A stretch of 64,000 nucleotides of DNA from an uncultured bacterium (GCA_963749495.1 CAVVMW010000014.1:288001-352000), one strand, 5' to 3'. Positions 48,237 through 58,979 are shown, counted from the stretch's first letter. A program made the numbers and translations. Notes: generated by a model from the letters alone, not told the origin.

Positions 48237-49211
48237 ATGAAAAGATTGGGCCGGCATTGCGCTCTCCGAGCGCCGCTGCTTTTCTCGACCCTCTGGCTCT
48301 GTTACTGGGCGCAGCCGGCTGCGGGCGAATCCGCGCTGCCCGCTGCCGGAATCTACGAACGGGCAACCAACTGGTTTGCAGAGGCTGTCTTCCTCAAGCC
48401 GAGCGGCGGACGCCAGAGCGAACTCATCTCCCAGCTCGCCCCCCTGCTCCTGCAGGAGGTCACCCCATCACGACCCGGGGCCGATGCGTCGAGCCCCTTG
48501 AGCCTAACCAACCGGGCTTCACGTTTCACGTTTCACGTTTCACGTTTGGACACCGATGCCTTCGGCTGCTTGAGCCTGACCAACGGCCTGCTGGCCCTGG
48601 ACCGGACCCGGCCCACGATTTATGCGACCGCGGACGTGGCGCAAATCCGCGGCAAACCTCACATCCGGGCCACCTATCTCTGGTGCTACTCGGTGGAGCC
48701 CGGCGATGGCCTGCCCCAAACCGCGCTGCCGCTGCAAGGAATCCGCATCACGCTCAACTCGGCAGGCCGTCCCGGCGTCTGGGAAGTCCTGGCTGAAGAC
48801 TCCCCGGCCGAGCTGCTCTTCGTTTCAGAGGGCCTGGAGGCCGCCGCCCAGGCGCAGTTCGGCAAGCCCTTGCCTGGCCGCCGCTATGCGATCGAGCGTG
48901 ACGCCGCCGATACACCCAGGGCCGTCGTCGCGCGCACCGTCGACGATGCAGCGGATGCCATGGGACCGATCCTCTACCTGCGCGCCGGCACACACGCCGT
49001 GAGCACGCTGATTTGCCGCTGCACGGCCTCCCAGGTCCGCCACCTGGCCGCGACCACCACTTACAACCTGGTCGCCGACCGGGCCGCTCCCGCCGATCCC
49101 ATTCTGGTCATCGCCAAAGCCCGGGCCGGCAGCCAAACCGCCTTTTGGCCCGGCGAGGAGGCCGCGACCAACCGCCTGGAACAGTGTCTGCGGCTGCCGG
49201 CGGGGTTTTAG
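48237..49211 (+). CDS. Secreted hypothetical protein
   Basis: Long ORF with signal-peptide-like N-terminus; contains a TTTCACG repeat. Confidence 0.6.
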   Translation: MKRLGRHCALRAPLLFSTLWLCYWAQPAAGESALPAAGIYERATNWFAEAVFLKPSGGRQSELISQLAPLLLQEVTPSRPGADASSPLSLTNRASRFTFHVSRLDTDAFGCLSLTNGLLALDRTRPTIYATADVAQIRGKPHIRATYLWCYSVEPGDGLPQTALPLQGIRITLNSAGRPGVWEVLAEDSPAELLFVSEGLEAAAQAQFGKPLPGRRYAIERDAADTPRAVVARTVDDAADAMGPILYLRAGTHAVSTLICRCTASQVRHLAATTTYNLVADRAAPADPILVIAKARAGSQTAFWPGEEAATNRLEQCLRLPAGF

Positions 49212-49320
49212 GCCCCCGTGTCTCTTCTGTCCCTTGGAAGAGACAAAAGGGACACAAGGGACACAAGGGACACAAGGGACACGAGCACGGCGCGCCAGAG
49301 GCTGACTTGCTGGCGATCGG

Positions 49321-49525
49321 TCAGTGAAGTCGGAAACGGAGTCCCCTGCGGACCCTTCACCCCAGCCCTCTCCCCTTCTGAAGGGGAGAGGGAGGATTCT
49401 CGGCAGCGGCATGAGGAGACGGACACGCCCGGAAGTTCCAGCGACTGCCGACGCTCCTCCCTCTCCCCTCGGAGGGGAGAGGGCCGGGGTGAGGGGTCGG
49501 CCCGTGACACTCCCGCCTTCACTGA
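49321..49525. mobile_element. 205-bp MITE/REP-like element (copy 2, inverted)
   Basis: Reverse-complement match in length and termini to 9884-10088. Confidence 0.8.
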
Positions 49526-49599
49526 GGCCTTGCGCCCTCGCGCACTCTCTCCAAAACTCCTTGCCATCCGGGCGCGGCCATGAAAAGGTTCCGCACTCT

Positions 49600-50689
49600 A
49601 TGGCACACGTTAAACTGCACATTCCGGGACCGGTTGAGGTCAATGAGAAGACCTTTCGCGCCTTTTGCTCGCCGATGATTGGGCATCGGGGCCAGGGTTT
49701 CAAAGACCTCTATGCCAGGATTCAACCCAAGCTCCAACAACTGCTCTACACGCGGCAACTGGTATTCATCAGCACCTCCTCCGCCTGGGGTGTGATGGAA
49801 GGGGCTGTGCGCAACCTGGTGAGCAGGAAGGTGCTCAACTGCATGTGCGGGGCCTTCTCGGACAAGTGGTTCGATGTCTCGAAGCGGTGCGGCAAGGCGG
49901 CCGAAGCGCTCCAGGTGCCCTGGGGCTCGCCCATCCGCGCGGCTGCTATAGACCAGAAGCTGGCCACCGGCCAGTTCGACGCGCTGACGGTCATTCACAA
50001 TGAGACCTCCACGGGCGTGATCGAGCCCCATCGAGGAGATTGCGGCGCTCAAGAAGAAATATCCCGATGTGATGTTCATCGTGGACTCGGTCAGTTCGAT
50101 GAGCGCCGTGCCGCTCAAGTTCGACGAACTGGGCATCAATGTCCTGCTGGCCGGCACGCAAAAGGCCCTTGCGCTGCCGCCGGGCACGGCCCTGTTCGTC
50201 TGCTCGCAGGCGGCGCTGGCCAAGGCCGCCGCCTGCAAGGACCGCGGGTATTATTTCGACTTCGTCGAATTCCAGAAGAACGCGGAGCAGAACATGACGC
50301 CCAGCACGCCCAGCATCGGCCATGTCTTCGCGCTGGAATCCAAACTGGAGGATATTTTCAATGAGGGCCTCGAGGCCCGCTTTGCCCGCCATCGCCTGAC
50401 CAACCAGATGACCCGCGATTGGGCGGCCAAACACGGCTTCACGCTCTTCCCCGAGCCCGGCTTCGAATCGCTCACGCTCACCTGCGTCAATAACGGCGCC
50501 CGGCCCGCCGGCCGCGTCGCGGACGTGCCCAAGCTCCAGAAACTGGTCAAGGACCAGGGCTTCCTCATCAACGGCGGCTACGGCAAGATCAAAGGCACGA
50601 CCTTCCGCGTCTCGAACATGGGAGACGAGACCCAGTCCAGCATGGCCCGGCTCTTCGAGGCCATGGACCTGGCCATGAAACAGATCTGA
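49600..50689 (+). CDS. Class V PLP-dependent aminotransferase (alanine-glyoxylate/serine-pyruvate type; frameshift near 50022)
   Basis: 'IPGPV', 'HR...F', 'HNETSTG', 'VDSVSS', 'GTQKAL.LPPG'. Confidence 0.9.
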
Positions 50690-50697
50690 GGCTGCGC

Positions 50698-53625
50698 CTA
50701 CTGGCGTGAGCGATAGAATTGCTGGGCCGCCTTGGTAATATCCACGTTGTAGGGGCTGCTCGCGCCCTGCACGTCGGCATAAGTGCCGTTGGCGGTTGCG
50801 GCCGACTGCAGGACTCCCGTATAAGTGATCGTCAGCTTGCCGCCGGCCTTGCCGATGGTGATGCTGGGCCTTTGCGCGGGCGCCGGGGCATCGTTGAAGT
50901 CCCAATAGGCGACAAGTTGGGTGGCCGGCGCCAGCGCCGTGGGTGCAGTGCCATTGGCCAGTGCCATCACATCATTCGTGCCCAAGGCCGTCGCAAACAC
51001 GGCAAAATCGTCTATCCAGCCGTGCAGGGTATTGAGGCTGATTGACTGTGCGCCGATGTACATATCGGTGAACTCCGGGGTCAGCGGGTCCGCCCCGCTG
51101 CCATCCACGAAGAACTGGCCGTCAATCCAGATGACCTTATAGTCGGCACTCTTGGTGAAGGCGAAGTGGTGCCAACTGTTCCACCAACCGGGGCCGGTAT
51201 AGCTTGGCAGCGTGGTGGCGCTAACCGTAGCGGTAATTCGCGTGTTGCCGCCGCAGCAACCCATGGTGTCGAAATAGACCCCGTTGCCGGTGTCCCAAGG
51301 GGTATGGGCTTGGATGCCTCGGCCGCCGGCGTTCGCATTGGTGGTGTTGGCCCAGAACGCAGAGCAGTTGGCGTTGTCGATCTTCTTGACCCAGATGGAG
51401 AAGGTCACCTGATCGTTGGGCGCGAGGGCGTTGAGGAAGCTGCCCGCCTGTGGGACATAGATGTCCCCGCCCGTCAGCGGGAGGGACACGGCATAATCGC
51501 CGGTTTTGCCGGAATGGCCGCCGCCATTGGCGGTGTAGGCCGCATCGAGCTGCAGGAAGCCCATATCGCCGTTGACCTTGTCCTTCGAGTAGGTCGAGAC
51601 CGTGAATTGCCATTGCCGGGTCACCTGGTTGGTGCCGTCAGTGAAAAGCAAGGCGGCTGTGTGGGCGGATTGTGAGGCAAAGAACGGGGCGGGCACGTAA
51701 GAGACGGTGGTGACGGCGCCGGCTTTGGTTACGGTAGCGGCCACCGCGGCGCCATCGACCTTGAGGCTGACGCTGCTGGCCAGGACAGGGTTGAGCCCGT
51801 CCACAATCGCGGCCTGGACCAGGGTCGGATCACCGGTGGTCGAACCGGCCGCCGGCGAGACGCTCCTGACGTAAGCGGCGGTGATCTTCGGCAGCCATTG
51901 GTAGGCCTGGATGGCATTGGTAACGTCATTGATCAGGACCCGCGTGCCATCGGGGTTGATCATGAACCATTCGAGGTTGGCGCCCCCGGTCCCCTGCTCA
52001 TAGACGGTCCTGAACCCGTAGAGACCCGCCTGCTGGATAATGAAAAGGAAGGCCGTATCGGCTGAGCCGCGCCCCCCGGTCGAACCGTACTCGCCCAGCG
52101 TCAAGCCGAGGAAGGCATCCGATGGATTGGTGCCGGTGAAGGTCGCGAAATCGTCGTCGCTATTGCAGACCATCTGATAGAGCCCGGGGGCGGTAAAGTC
52201 GAGCGCCGCAAAGAGTTCGCACGCGAAGTGCTCCGTTGGCACGGCGGTCACCGTGTTGCCGGGTATCCCGGGAAACGGACTGTCGGTGTAAGCCGGATCA
52301 TTGAACGACCCGTCCTGAGCGGTCGTGTTGATGTCGAAGTTCACGAGGCCGGGCCAACTGAAAAACCCGTTGGTGTCCGCCCCGCCCGCGTCATTCAGGT
52401 TGGCGACGTTGGGTCCGTAAACCCCCGAGAGGATATCCTCGGCAACCTGGATGCCGTTGCCCGTGGCGGTGTTGTCCACCTGGTAGGTCCGGATCTTGAA
52501 ACCGGGCCTGGTCGTGTCCACGCTGGCGGGGGCCAAGGCCATGCCAGGGGTCACGATGCTGTAGGCCGGCACCGCGAACGAATTGGTCGCAGAGAAGAGG
52601 TCCCCGCTCTTGTCCTTGATGGTCAGGACGGTGACTTGACTGGAGCCGGCCGGGAAGGGGTTGGCCAAGTTGGTATAGGCAATCGTGGCGACGATGCCGC
52701 TCTTGGTCACCGAAGTGGGCGTGATGTTGGTTCCGTTCAAGGTCAGCACAACGGTGTTGGTGTCGGAAACGGTCGCGCCCAAATCGGTCACATTGATGGC
52801 AAAGCCCACGGGCGAGCCGACCGGAGCGCCGAGGGCAATCGCCGGGGCGTCGTTGAAGTCCCAGTAAGCCAGGAGTTGGGCGGAGGCGCCCAGCGCATCC
52901 GGGGCCGTGCCGGCGAAGAGCTGGCCGATTTGGGCTGCGGTCAAGGCCGTGGCGTACACGGCAAAATCGTCGATCAGCCCGTGGAGGTTCGAGTTGTTGG
53001 GTGCAATCGCCCCCAAGTACATGTCGGTGAAGTCCGTCGGCAGGGGGTCGGCACCGGTCCCTTCCAGGAAGAGCTGCCCGTCAATGTAAATATCCTTGGT
53101 CCCGGCGTTCTTCTCGAACACGAAGTGGTGCCAGGTGGTCCACCAAGTGTCATCGGTATAGGAGCCGAAAGAGGAGATGGGGGCGGAGATGCGAGTGTTG
53201 GCGCCGCAGCAGCCGGCCGTGTCGAAATAGATCACGTCGTCACTCCAGGGCACGTGTGCCTGCCAGCCACGGTTGCCGCCGGCGCTGGTGGAATTGGCCC
53301 AGAAGGCAGAGCAGGCGGTGGCGACGTCATAGTGCCGGATCCAGATCGAGAAGCTCATCTGGTCGTTGGTGGCCGCGATATTCAGGAAGGCCGCGTTGGT
53401 AATCCAGATCAGCGTTTGGCCGCCGCTGGTGCCGAAATCTATGGCGTGGTCGGCTGCCGTGCCGGTGTGGCTTTGACTGGACGGCGAGAAAACCGCGGCG
53501 CCTTCCAGGAGGCCGATATACCCGTGGAGTTTGTCTTTGGTCACGTTCTGGCCAAAAACGGGGGTTGCGAGGCTGAGTGCGAGAAACGCGCTGCCAACAA
53601 TGAGTTTAAGAGGCTTGCTTGCCAT
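50698..53625 (-). CDS. Secreted protein with two LamG domains, a PA14-like central region and a conserved C-terminal tail
   Basis: Two repeats of 'WHHF...I.IDG...G.IDDFAV...AL'; 'NSDD.F' and 'EQG.GGA.LEW'; tail 'LQSA......Y.DV.GA.SPY......FYR'. Confidence 0.82.
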   Translation of the reverse strand: MASKPLKLIVGSAFLALSLATPVFGQNVTKDKLHGYIGLLEGAAVFSPSSQSHTGTAADHAIDFGTSGGQTLIWITNAAFLNIAATNDQMSFSIWIRHYDVATACSAFWANSTSAGGNRGWQAHVPWSDDVIYFDTAGCCGANTRISAPISSFGSYTDDTWWTTWHHFVFEKNAGTKDIYIDGQLFLEGTGADPLPTDFTDMYLGAIAPNNSNLHGLIDDFAVYATALTAAQIGQLFAGTAPDALGASAQLLAYWDFNDAPAIALGAPVGSPVGFAINVTDLGATVSDTNTVVLTLNGTNITPTSVTKSGIVATIAYTNLANPFPAGSSQVTVLTIKDKSGDLFSATNSFAVPAYSIVTPGMALAPASVDTTRPGFKIRTYQVDNTATGNGIQVAEDILSGVYGPNVANLNDAGGADTNGFFSWPGLVNFDINTTAQDGSFNDPAYTDSPFPGIPGNTVTAVPTEHFACELFAALDFTAPGLYQMVCNSDDDFATFTGTNPSDAFLGLTLGEYGSTGGRGSADTAFLFIIQQAGLYGFRTVYEQGTGGANLEWFMINPDGTRVLINDVTNAIQAYQWLPKITAAYVRSVSPAAGSTTGDPTLVQAAIVDGLNPVLASSVSLKVDGAAVAATVTKAGAVTTVSYVPAPFFASQSAHTAALLFTDGTNQVTRQWQFTVSTYSKDKVNGDMGFLQLDAAYTANGGGHSGKTGDYAVSLPLTGGDIYVPQAGSFLNALAPNDQVTFSIWVKKIDNANCSAFWANTTNANAGGRGIQAHTPWDTGNGVYFDTMGCCGGNTRITATVSATTLPSYTGPGWWNSWHHFAFTKSADYKVIWIDGQFFVDGSGADPLTPEFTDMYIGAQSISLNTLHGWIDDFAVFATALGTNDVMALANGTAPTALAPATQLVAYWDFNDAPAPAQRPSITIGKAGGKLTITYTGVLQSAATANGTYADVQGASSPYNVDITKAAQQFYRSRQ

Positions 53626-53888
53626 AAGATCACAATCTCCAGGCTTGTTTGCTGCGGGAAGACCGCCGCCGAATCGGACGGCCAATCGGGTTTGGCCTTC
53701 GCCCCAGTTCGTTTACGTGCTCACTATCCCAAGCAGGGCGGCAACCGAAGCGCCGCACGCTGAATTGGACTGTTAAAGGAGATTTTAATGGCTGGCCCGG
53801 CGGAGTCTGTGCCCTGGGCGGCAAATTTTGTGTCTTTTTCGGACTTCGGGATTGACCGGTTCCCCGGGGCCTGATAACGAATAGGGCC

Positions 53889-54793
53889 ATGTCTTGCTCT
53901 GCCCTGCGCCGGCGCAACCGGGGGGCCTATTCCAGCCCGTTCTCCGGGGTTGGGATGGAGTTCTTTCCGCTGGGGGTGCTGCCGGATCAGTCCGGGGTGG
54001 TCCTGCACGAAGCGGGTTACGTGCCCAAGAATGATTATTGGGCCTTCCCCAACACGCTCAGCCCGTTCTGGCGCCTCTATTTCAACGGACTGCCCGGCCA
54101 CAAGGTCCTCTTCCCCGGCGCCGAATACCCACTGACGCCCGAACATCTCATGCTCATCCCGGACCATCAGCTCTTCCATTCGGTCGGCCGGGGCCCGGTG
54201 CCGCATTGGTGGCTCACGTTCAATGTCGCGCGGCGGCTCGATGCGCGGCAGCCGACCCGATCCTGCTGCGGCCTACGGCCTTCGAGCGCCACTTGCTGCG
54301 GCGCCTGGCCCTGAGCTTTAGCGGCGTCGGCGAAGGGGATCGCGAGCGAGTCCTCCACACCAGCCTGGCCTTGCTGCACGACGTGCTGATCCGGCCGGAG
54401 ATTCACTGGCAGCAGCAGGCGCTCTCCGAGAGTTTGCGCCGGGCCTTGCACCGCATCGAAACCGAATATGCCAAGCCGTTGCGCGTGGCCGACCTCGCGC
54501 GCACGGCGGGGCTGTGCGTGCGCGGGTTTGCCAAGGCCTTCAAGGAGTGCCGGGGCATAACTCCGGGCCGATTCCTCAGCCAGGTGCGCGTGCGCGAGGC
54601 CGCCAGTCTGCTGGCCAATACCCAAACCAGCATCGAGGAAATAGCCGAGGCAACCGGTTTCCCCAGCCGCCATTACCTGAGCCGCATCTTCAAGCGGCTC
54701 CTCGGCGACTCCCCTGCCCATTTTCGACAACGCCAGACGCTGAACCACGAACCGGGGGCGCCCCTCGCCTTTCCACTCTCCGGGTCTCCATGA
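53889..54793 (+). CDS. AraC family transcriptional regulator (frameshift near 54257)
   Basis: Cupin-like N-terminus; 'LA..AGL...F...FK...G.TP', 'IEEIA..TGF....YLSR.FK'. Confidence 0.88.
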
Positions 54794-55019
54794 ACGCCCG
54801 CCAAGCCCGAAGGTTTTGGACCGCGCTCCCGAGGCTTCGGGGCCGCTTTTTGGACCGTGGGAACGCAAAAGCGCCAGAGGACTGGCGCAGTCCAAAACGC
54901 TTCGCGTCCTCGCCCTCACGTCCCCGCTTCGTCATTCGTCATTCGTCATTCCGTCATTCGTCATTCGTCATTCCATTCGCCCCTCGACACTCGTCCCCAG
55001 CCTCGGCATACTCCCGAAT

Positions 55020-58000
55020 ATGAACTCATCGAAACTCCTGAACGCAGTTCTCCTGGCGGTCCTTTCCATCACGCTGGCGCCGGGCCCGGCCCGGGCCGCC
55101 GAGTCGGAGGCTGAGCGCAACCAGCGCATGGCCTGGTTCCGAGAAGCCCGTTTCGGTCTGTTCATTCACTGGGGCGTCTATTCCGTGCCCGCCGGCGAGT
55201 GGCAGGGCAACACCGGCTACGCCGAGTGGTTCCTCGAGGAGACCAAGATGAAGGTCTCGCAGTATGAGAAATTCGCCGGGCAGTTCAACCCGGTGAAGTT
55301 CAATGCCGCCGAGTGGGTGCGCATGGCCAAGGATGCCGGCATGAAATACATCGTCATCACGTCGAAACACCACGACGGTTTTGGCATGTTCCGCTCGGAG
55401 GCAACCGATTGGTGCATCAAGTCAACGCCCTTCCAGCGCGACCCGCTGGAGGAACTGGCCGGGGCCTGCAAAGAGGCCGGCATCAAGCTTTGCTTCTACC
55501 ATTCCATCATGGACTGGCACCACCCGGATTGGGGCACCCGCCGGGCGTGGAATGACAAGGCCGGCGGCACCCCCGATATGGACCGCTACACCGCCTACAT
55601 GAAGGGCCAGCTCAAGGAGTTGCTCACCCGCTACGGCCCCATCGGGATCCTGTGGTTCGACGGCGAATGGGAAAGCCCCTGGACCCATGAGCGGGGCGTT
55701 GACCTCTACAACTACGTGCGTGGACTCCAGCCGAACATCATCATCAACAACCGCGTGGGCAAGGCCCGTGCCGGCATGTCGGGCATGGACCAGGGCAACG
55801 AGCGGATCGGCGACTACGGCACGCCCGAACAGGAAATCCCGGCCACCGGGTCCGGCCCGGCAATGGATTGGGAATCGTGCATGACGATGAACAACCACTG
55901 GGGCTACAACGCGCACGACCAGAACTGGAAGTCGGCCACGACCCTCATCCGGAACCTGATCAACTGCGCCAGCAAAGGCGGCAACTACCTCCTCAACATC
56001 GGCCCCACCTCCGAGGGTCTCTTCCCGGAGGCCTCCGTCCAGCGCCTGGCCGAGATCGGCAAATGGATGAAGGCCAACAGCGAGGCCATCTATGGCACCC
56101 AGGCCAGCCCGTTTGACAAGCTGGTCTGGGGCCGCTGCACGCAAAAACAGCTCGGCGATTCCAGGACCCGCCTCTATCTCCATGTGTTCGATTGGCCCGC
56201 CGACGGCAAGCTAGTTCTGCCCGGCCTGGCCAACACGCCGCTCAAGGCCTTTCTCCTGGACGGCGGCCAGGAAGTCCAAACAGCCGCGGCCGACAACCGG
56301 GTCACCCTCTCCCTGCCCGCCGTCACCCCGAACCCGCACGCCACGGTCGTCGCCCTGGACATCCAAGGCAAGCCCGAGGTCATCAAGCCCGACCCTTATG
56401 CCGATGAAACCCCGGCGCAACACGACGCCCGCATGCAATGGTGGCGCGAGGCGCGCTTCGGCATGTTCGTTCATTGGGGCGTCTATTCGGTCCCGGCCGG
56501 CACTTACAATGGCAAACGCATCGGGAGCATCGGCGAGTGGATCATGCACAATGGCCGCATCCCCGTCGCCGAGTACCGGGCCTACGCCCAACAGTTCAAC
56601 CCGGTCAAATATGACGCCGACGAATGGGTGCGCACCGCCAAGGAGGCCGGCATGAAGTACATCATTATCACCTCCAAACACCACGACGGCTTTGCCATGT
56701 TCGACTCCAAGGCCAGCGATTGGAACATCGTGAGGGCCTCGCCTTTCGGCCGCGACCCGCTCAAGGAACTGGCCGAGGCCTGCCGCAGGCACGGGCTCAA
56801 GCTCGGCTTCTACTATTCGCAAGCCCAGGACTGGAACAACCCGGGCGGCGCCGCCGCCGGCGGCCACTGGGACAAGGCCCAGGACGGCAATATGACCGAC
56901 TACATCCGCAACGTGGCGGCGCCGCAGGTGCGCGAAATCCTGAGCAACTACGGCCCCATCGCCGTGCTCTGGTGGGACACGCCGGTGGACATGACCCGCG
57001 AGCGCGCAGACCTGCTCCTGCCGCTGCTCCGCCTCCAGCCCGGCATCATTTACAACAACCGCCTGGGCGCCGGCTATCGCGGCGACACCGAGACGCCCGA
57101 GCAGTTCGTCCCGCCCACGGGCTACCCGGGCCGTGATTGGGAGACCTGCATGACCATGAACGATACCTGGGGCTACAAGAGCTACGACAGCAATTGGAAG
57201 AGCGCCCAAACCCTCATCCGCAACCTCGTGGACATCGCCAGCAAGGGCGGCAACTACCTGCTCAACGTCGGCCCCACTTCCGAGGGGCTCATCCCCGCAC
57301 CCTCGGTCGAGCGCCTGCAAGAGATTGGCAAATGGATGAAGGCCAACAGCGAAGCTATCTACGCCACCACCGCCAGCCCCTTCAAGCGCCTGCCCTGGGG
57401 CCGCTGCACCAAGAAACTCACCCCCGAGGGCGCCACCCTCTATCTGCACGTCTTTGACTGGCCGGCCGACGGCAAGCTCCTGGTGCCCGGACTCAAGAAC
57501 CCGGTCATCAAGGCCAGCCTCCTGGCCGGCCCCCAACGGGACTCCCTCCACGTCGAGCGCACGGCGGAGGGACCGCTCGTCTCGGTCCCAGCCGCGCGGC
57601 CCGATCCGGTCTCATCCACCGTCGTCCTCCAAATCACAGGCCCGCCCGAGGTCGCTCCCGTCAGCCTCTCCCAGGATTTCGACGGCTCGCTCCTCCTGCC
57701 TGCCGCAGAGGCCCGCGTTCACGGCCAGCAGGCCAAATTCGAGTCCGGCCCCGACCACGACAACATCGGGTTCTGGCTCGACCCCAAGGACTGGGTGGAC
57801 TGGGAAATCCAGATCACCAAGACCGGCAAGTTCGAGGTCAGCGTCGAGATCGCGGCGCCCAAGGCCGCCTCCATCGAAATCTCGATGGGCGAGCAGAAGC
57901 TCAAAGGCGCCGCCCGCGTCACCGGTGATTATGTCCGCTACCGGGTCGTCAGGCTCGGCACCCTCGAACTCGGCTCGACCGGCAAGGTGACCCTCGCCGT

Positions 58001-58067
58001 TCACCCGGTCGAAGACGGCTGGCACCCGATCAACCTGAGGTCAGTCCGGCTCAGGCCGGCCAAGTGA
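55020..58067 (+). CDS. Alpha-L-fucosidase with two tandem GH29 domains and a C-terminal CBM6/35-like module
   Basis: Twice 'W.REARFG.F.HWGVYS', 'TSKHHDGF', 'W(F/W)D', 'WE.CMTMN..WGY', 'GGNYLLN.GP'. Confidence 0.93.
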   Translation: MNSSKLLNAVLLAVLSITLAPGPARAAESEAERNQRMAWFREARFGLFIHWGVYSVPAGEWQGNTGYAEWFLEETKMKVSQYEKFAGQFNPVKFNAAEWVRMAKDAGMKYIVITSKHHDGFGMFRSEATDWCIKSTPFQRDPLEELAGACKEAGIKLCFYHSIMDWHHPDWGTRRAWNDKAGGTPDMDRYTAYMKGQLKELLTRYGPIGILWFDGEWESPWTHERGVDLYNYVRGLQPNIIINNRVGKARAGMSGMDQGNERIGDYGTPEQEIPATGSGPAMDWESCMTMNNHWGYNAHDQNWKSATTLIRNLINCASKGGNYLLNIGPTSEGLFPEASVQRLAEIGKWMKANSEAIYGTQASPFDKLVWGRCTQKQLGDSRTRLYLHVFDWPADGKLVLPGLANTPLKAFLLDGGQEVQTAAADNRVTLSLPAVTPNPHATVVALDIQGKPEVIKPDPYADETPAQHDARMQWWREARFGMFVHWGVYSVPAGTYNGKRIGSIGEWIMHNGRIPVAEYRAYAQQFNPVKYDADEWVRTAKEAGMKYIIITSKHHDGFAMFDSKASDWNIVRASPFGRDPLKELAEACRRHGLKLGFYYSQAQDWNNPGGAAAGGHWDKAQDGNMTDYIRNVAAPQVREILSNYGPIAVLWWDTPVDMTRERADLLLPLLRLQPGIIYNNRLGAGYRGDTETPEQFVPPTGYPGRDWETCMTMNDTWGYKSYDSNWKSAQTLIRNLVDIASKGGNYLLNVGPTSEGLIPAPSVERLQEIGKWMKANSEAIYATTASPFKRLPWGRCTKKLTPEGATLYLHVFDWPADGKLLVPGLKNPVIKASLLAGPQRDSLHVERTAEGPLVSVPAARPDPVSSTVVLQITGPPEVAPVSLSQDFDGSLLLPAAEARVHGQQAKFESGPDHDNIGFWLDPKDWVDWEIQITKTGKFEVSVEIAAPKAASIEISMGEQKLKGAARVTGDYVRYRVVRLGTLELGSTGKVTLAVHPVEDGWHPINLRSVRLRPAK

Positions 58068-58435
58068 GGGGGCGCGCCCGCAGCCTCCGTCACCGCGTAG
58101 CGGCCCGCGGAGCTATCAGGCGTCGCTACGCGGCGCTCGATCATTCCCGTGCGCCAAACCGTGGACCAAGGTCCACGGCTACCTTCACTGCGTCGCTCCG
58201 CAACGCGCGGGCTGCGTCCGGCCCACCGCGTAGCGGTGCCCGATGGTAGCCGTGGACTTCCAGTCCACGGATCATTGGCCCATGGCGAGCCGCGTCGCGT
58301 AGCGACGCCTGAAAACCGCGATGCTGTCAGGCGTCGCTGCGCGACGCTCGAACATCCTGGCGCGCCAAACCGTGGACCGAGGTCCACGGCTAACTTCTCT
58401 GCGTCGCTCCGCAACGCGACGAATCCTGCCCGGGC

Positions 58436-58789
58436 TCATTTCGCCACGTTCTCGGCGTAGATCTTGGCCTCCAGCTCCGTAATCCGGCCGTCTCTGTTCG
58501 TGTCGCACCTCTCGACGGCACGGTTAAAGGCGCCGTTCGAGCCGCTCACGACGTGGCGGGTGTGGTGGAACAGAACCGGGATTTCGAATTTGGTGGTGGT
58601 CTCGGACCGGTTCTCATAGCCCGGCGCCTTGCTCAGGGCCTCGTAGAAAATCCGGGCCGCAGTCTCGTTTTCGAACTGGACCTTCACCCGCTTGGCCTCC
58701 CTCGTCACCGTCTCATCGCACGAAATGCAACCGGCGAACAACAGCCCTCCAGCCGAGGCAGCCGCTAGTTTAAGGATCGTTGTCTTCAT
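58436..58789 (-). CDS. Lipoprotein with EF-hand motif
   Basis: Lipobox LFAGC; DTNRDGRITELE. Confidence 0.75.
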   Translation of the reverse strand: MKTTILKLAAASAGGLLFAGCISCDETVTREAKRVKVQFENETAARIFYEALSKAPGYENRSETTTKFEIPVLFHHTRHVVSGSNGAFNRAVERCDTNRDGRITELEAKIYAENVAK

Positions 58790-58874
58790 AAGGCGGGAGC
58801 TTAAGAAGACTCACACGGAAGGCCAGTTCAAAATCCGCTTGAAGCCCGGGCCAGGGCGTGGTTTGTATTGGAAA

Positions 58875-58967
58875 CCTTTGTCGCAACCTTTGTCGCAACC
58901 TTTGTCGAATGTGCCATTTCCTCGACAAAGGCTGCGACAAAGGCTGCGACAAAGGTGCCGACAAAGG
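58875..58967. repeat. Inverted 12-mer tandem arrays (CTTTGTCGCAAC)n / (CGACAAAGGCTG)n
   Basis: Directly visible between divergent genes. Confidence 0.85.
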
Positions 58968-58979
58968 CGCGGAATTCTT

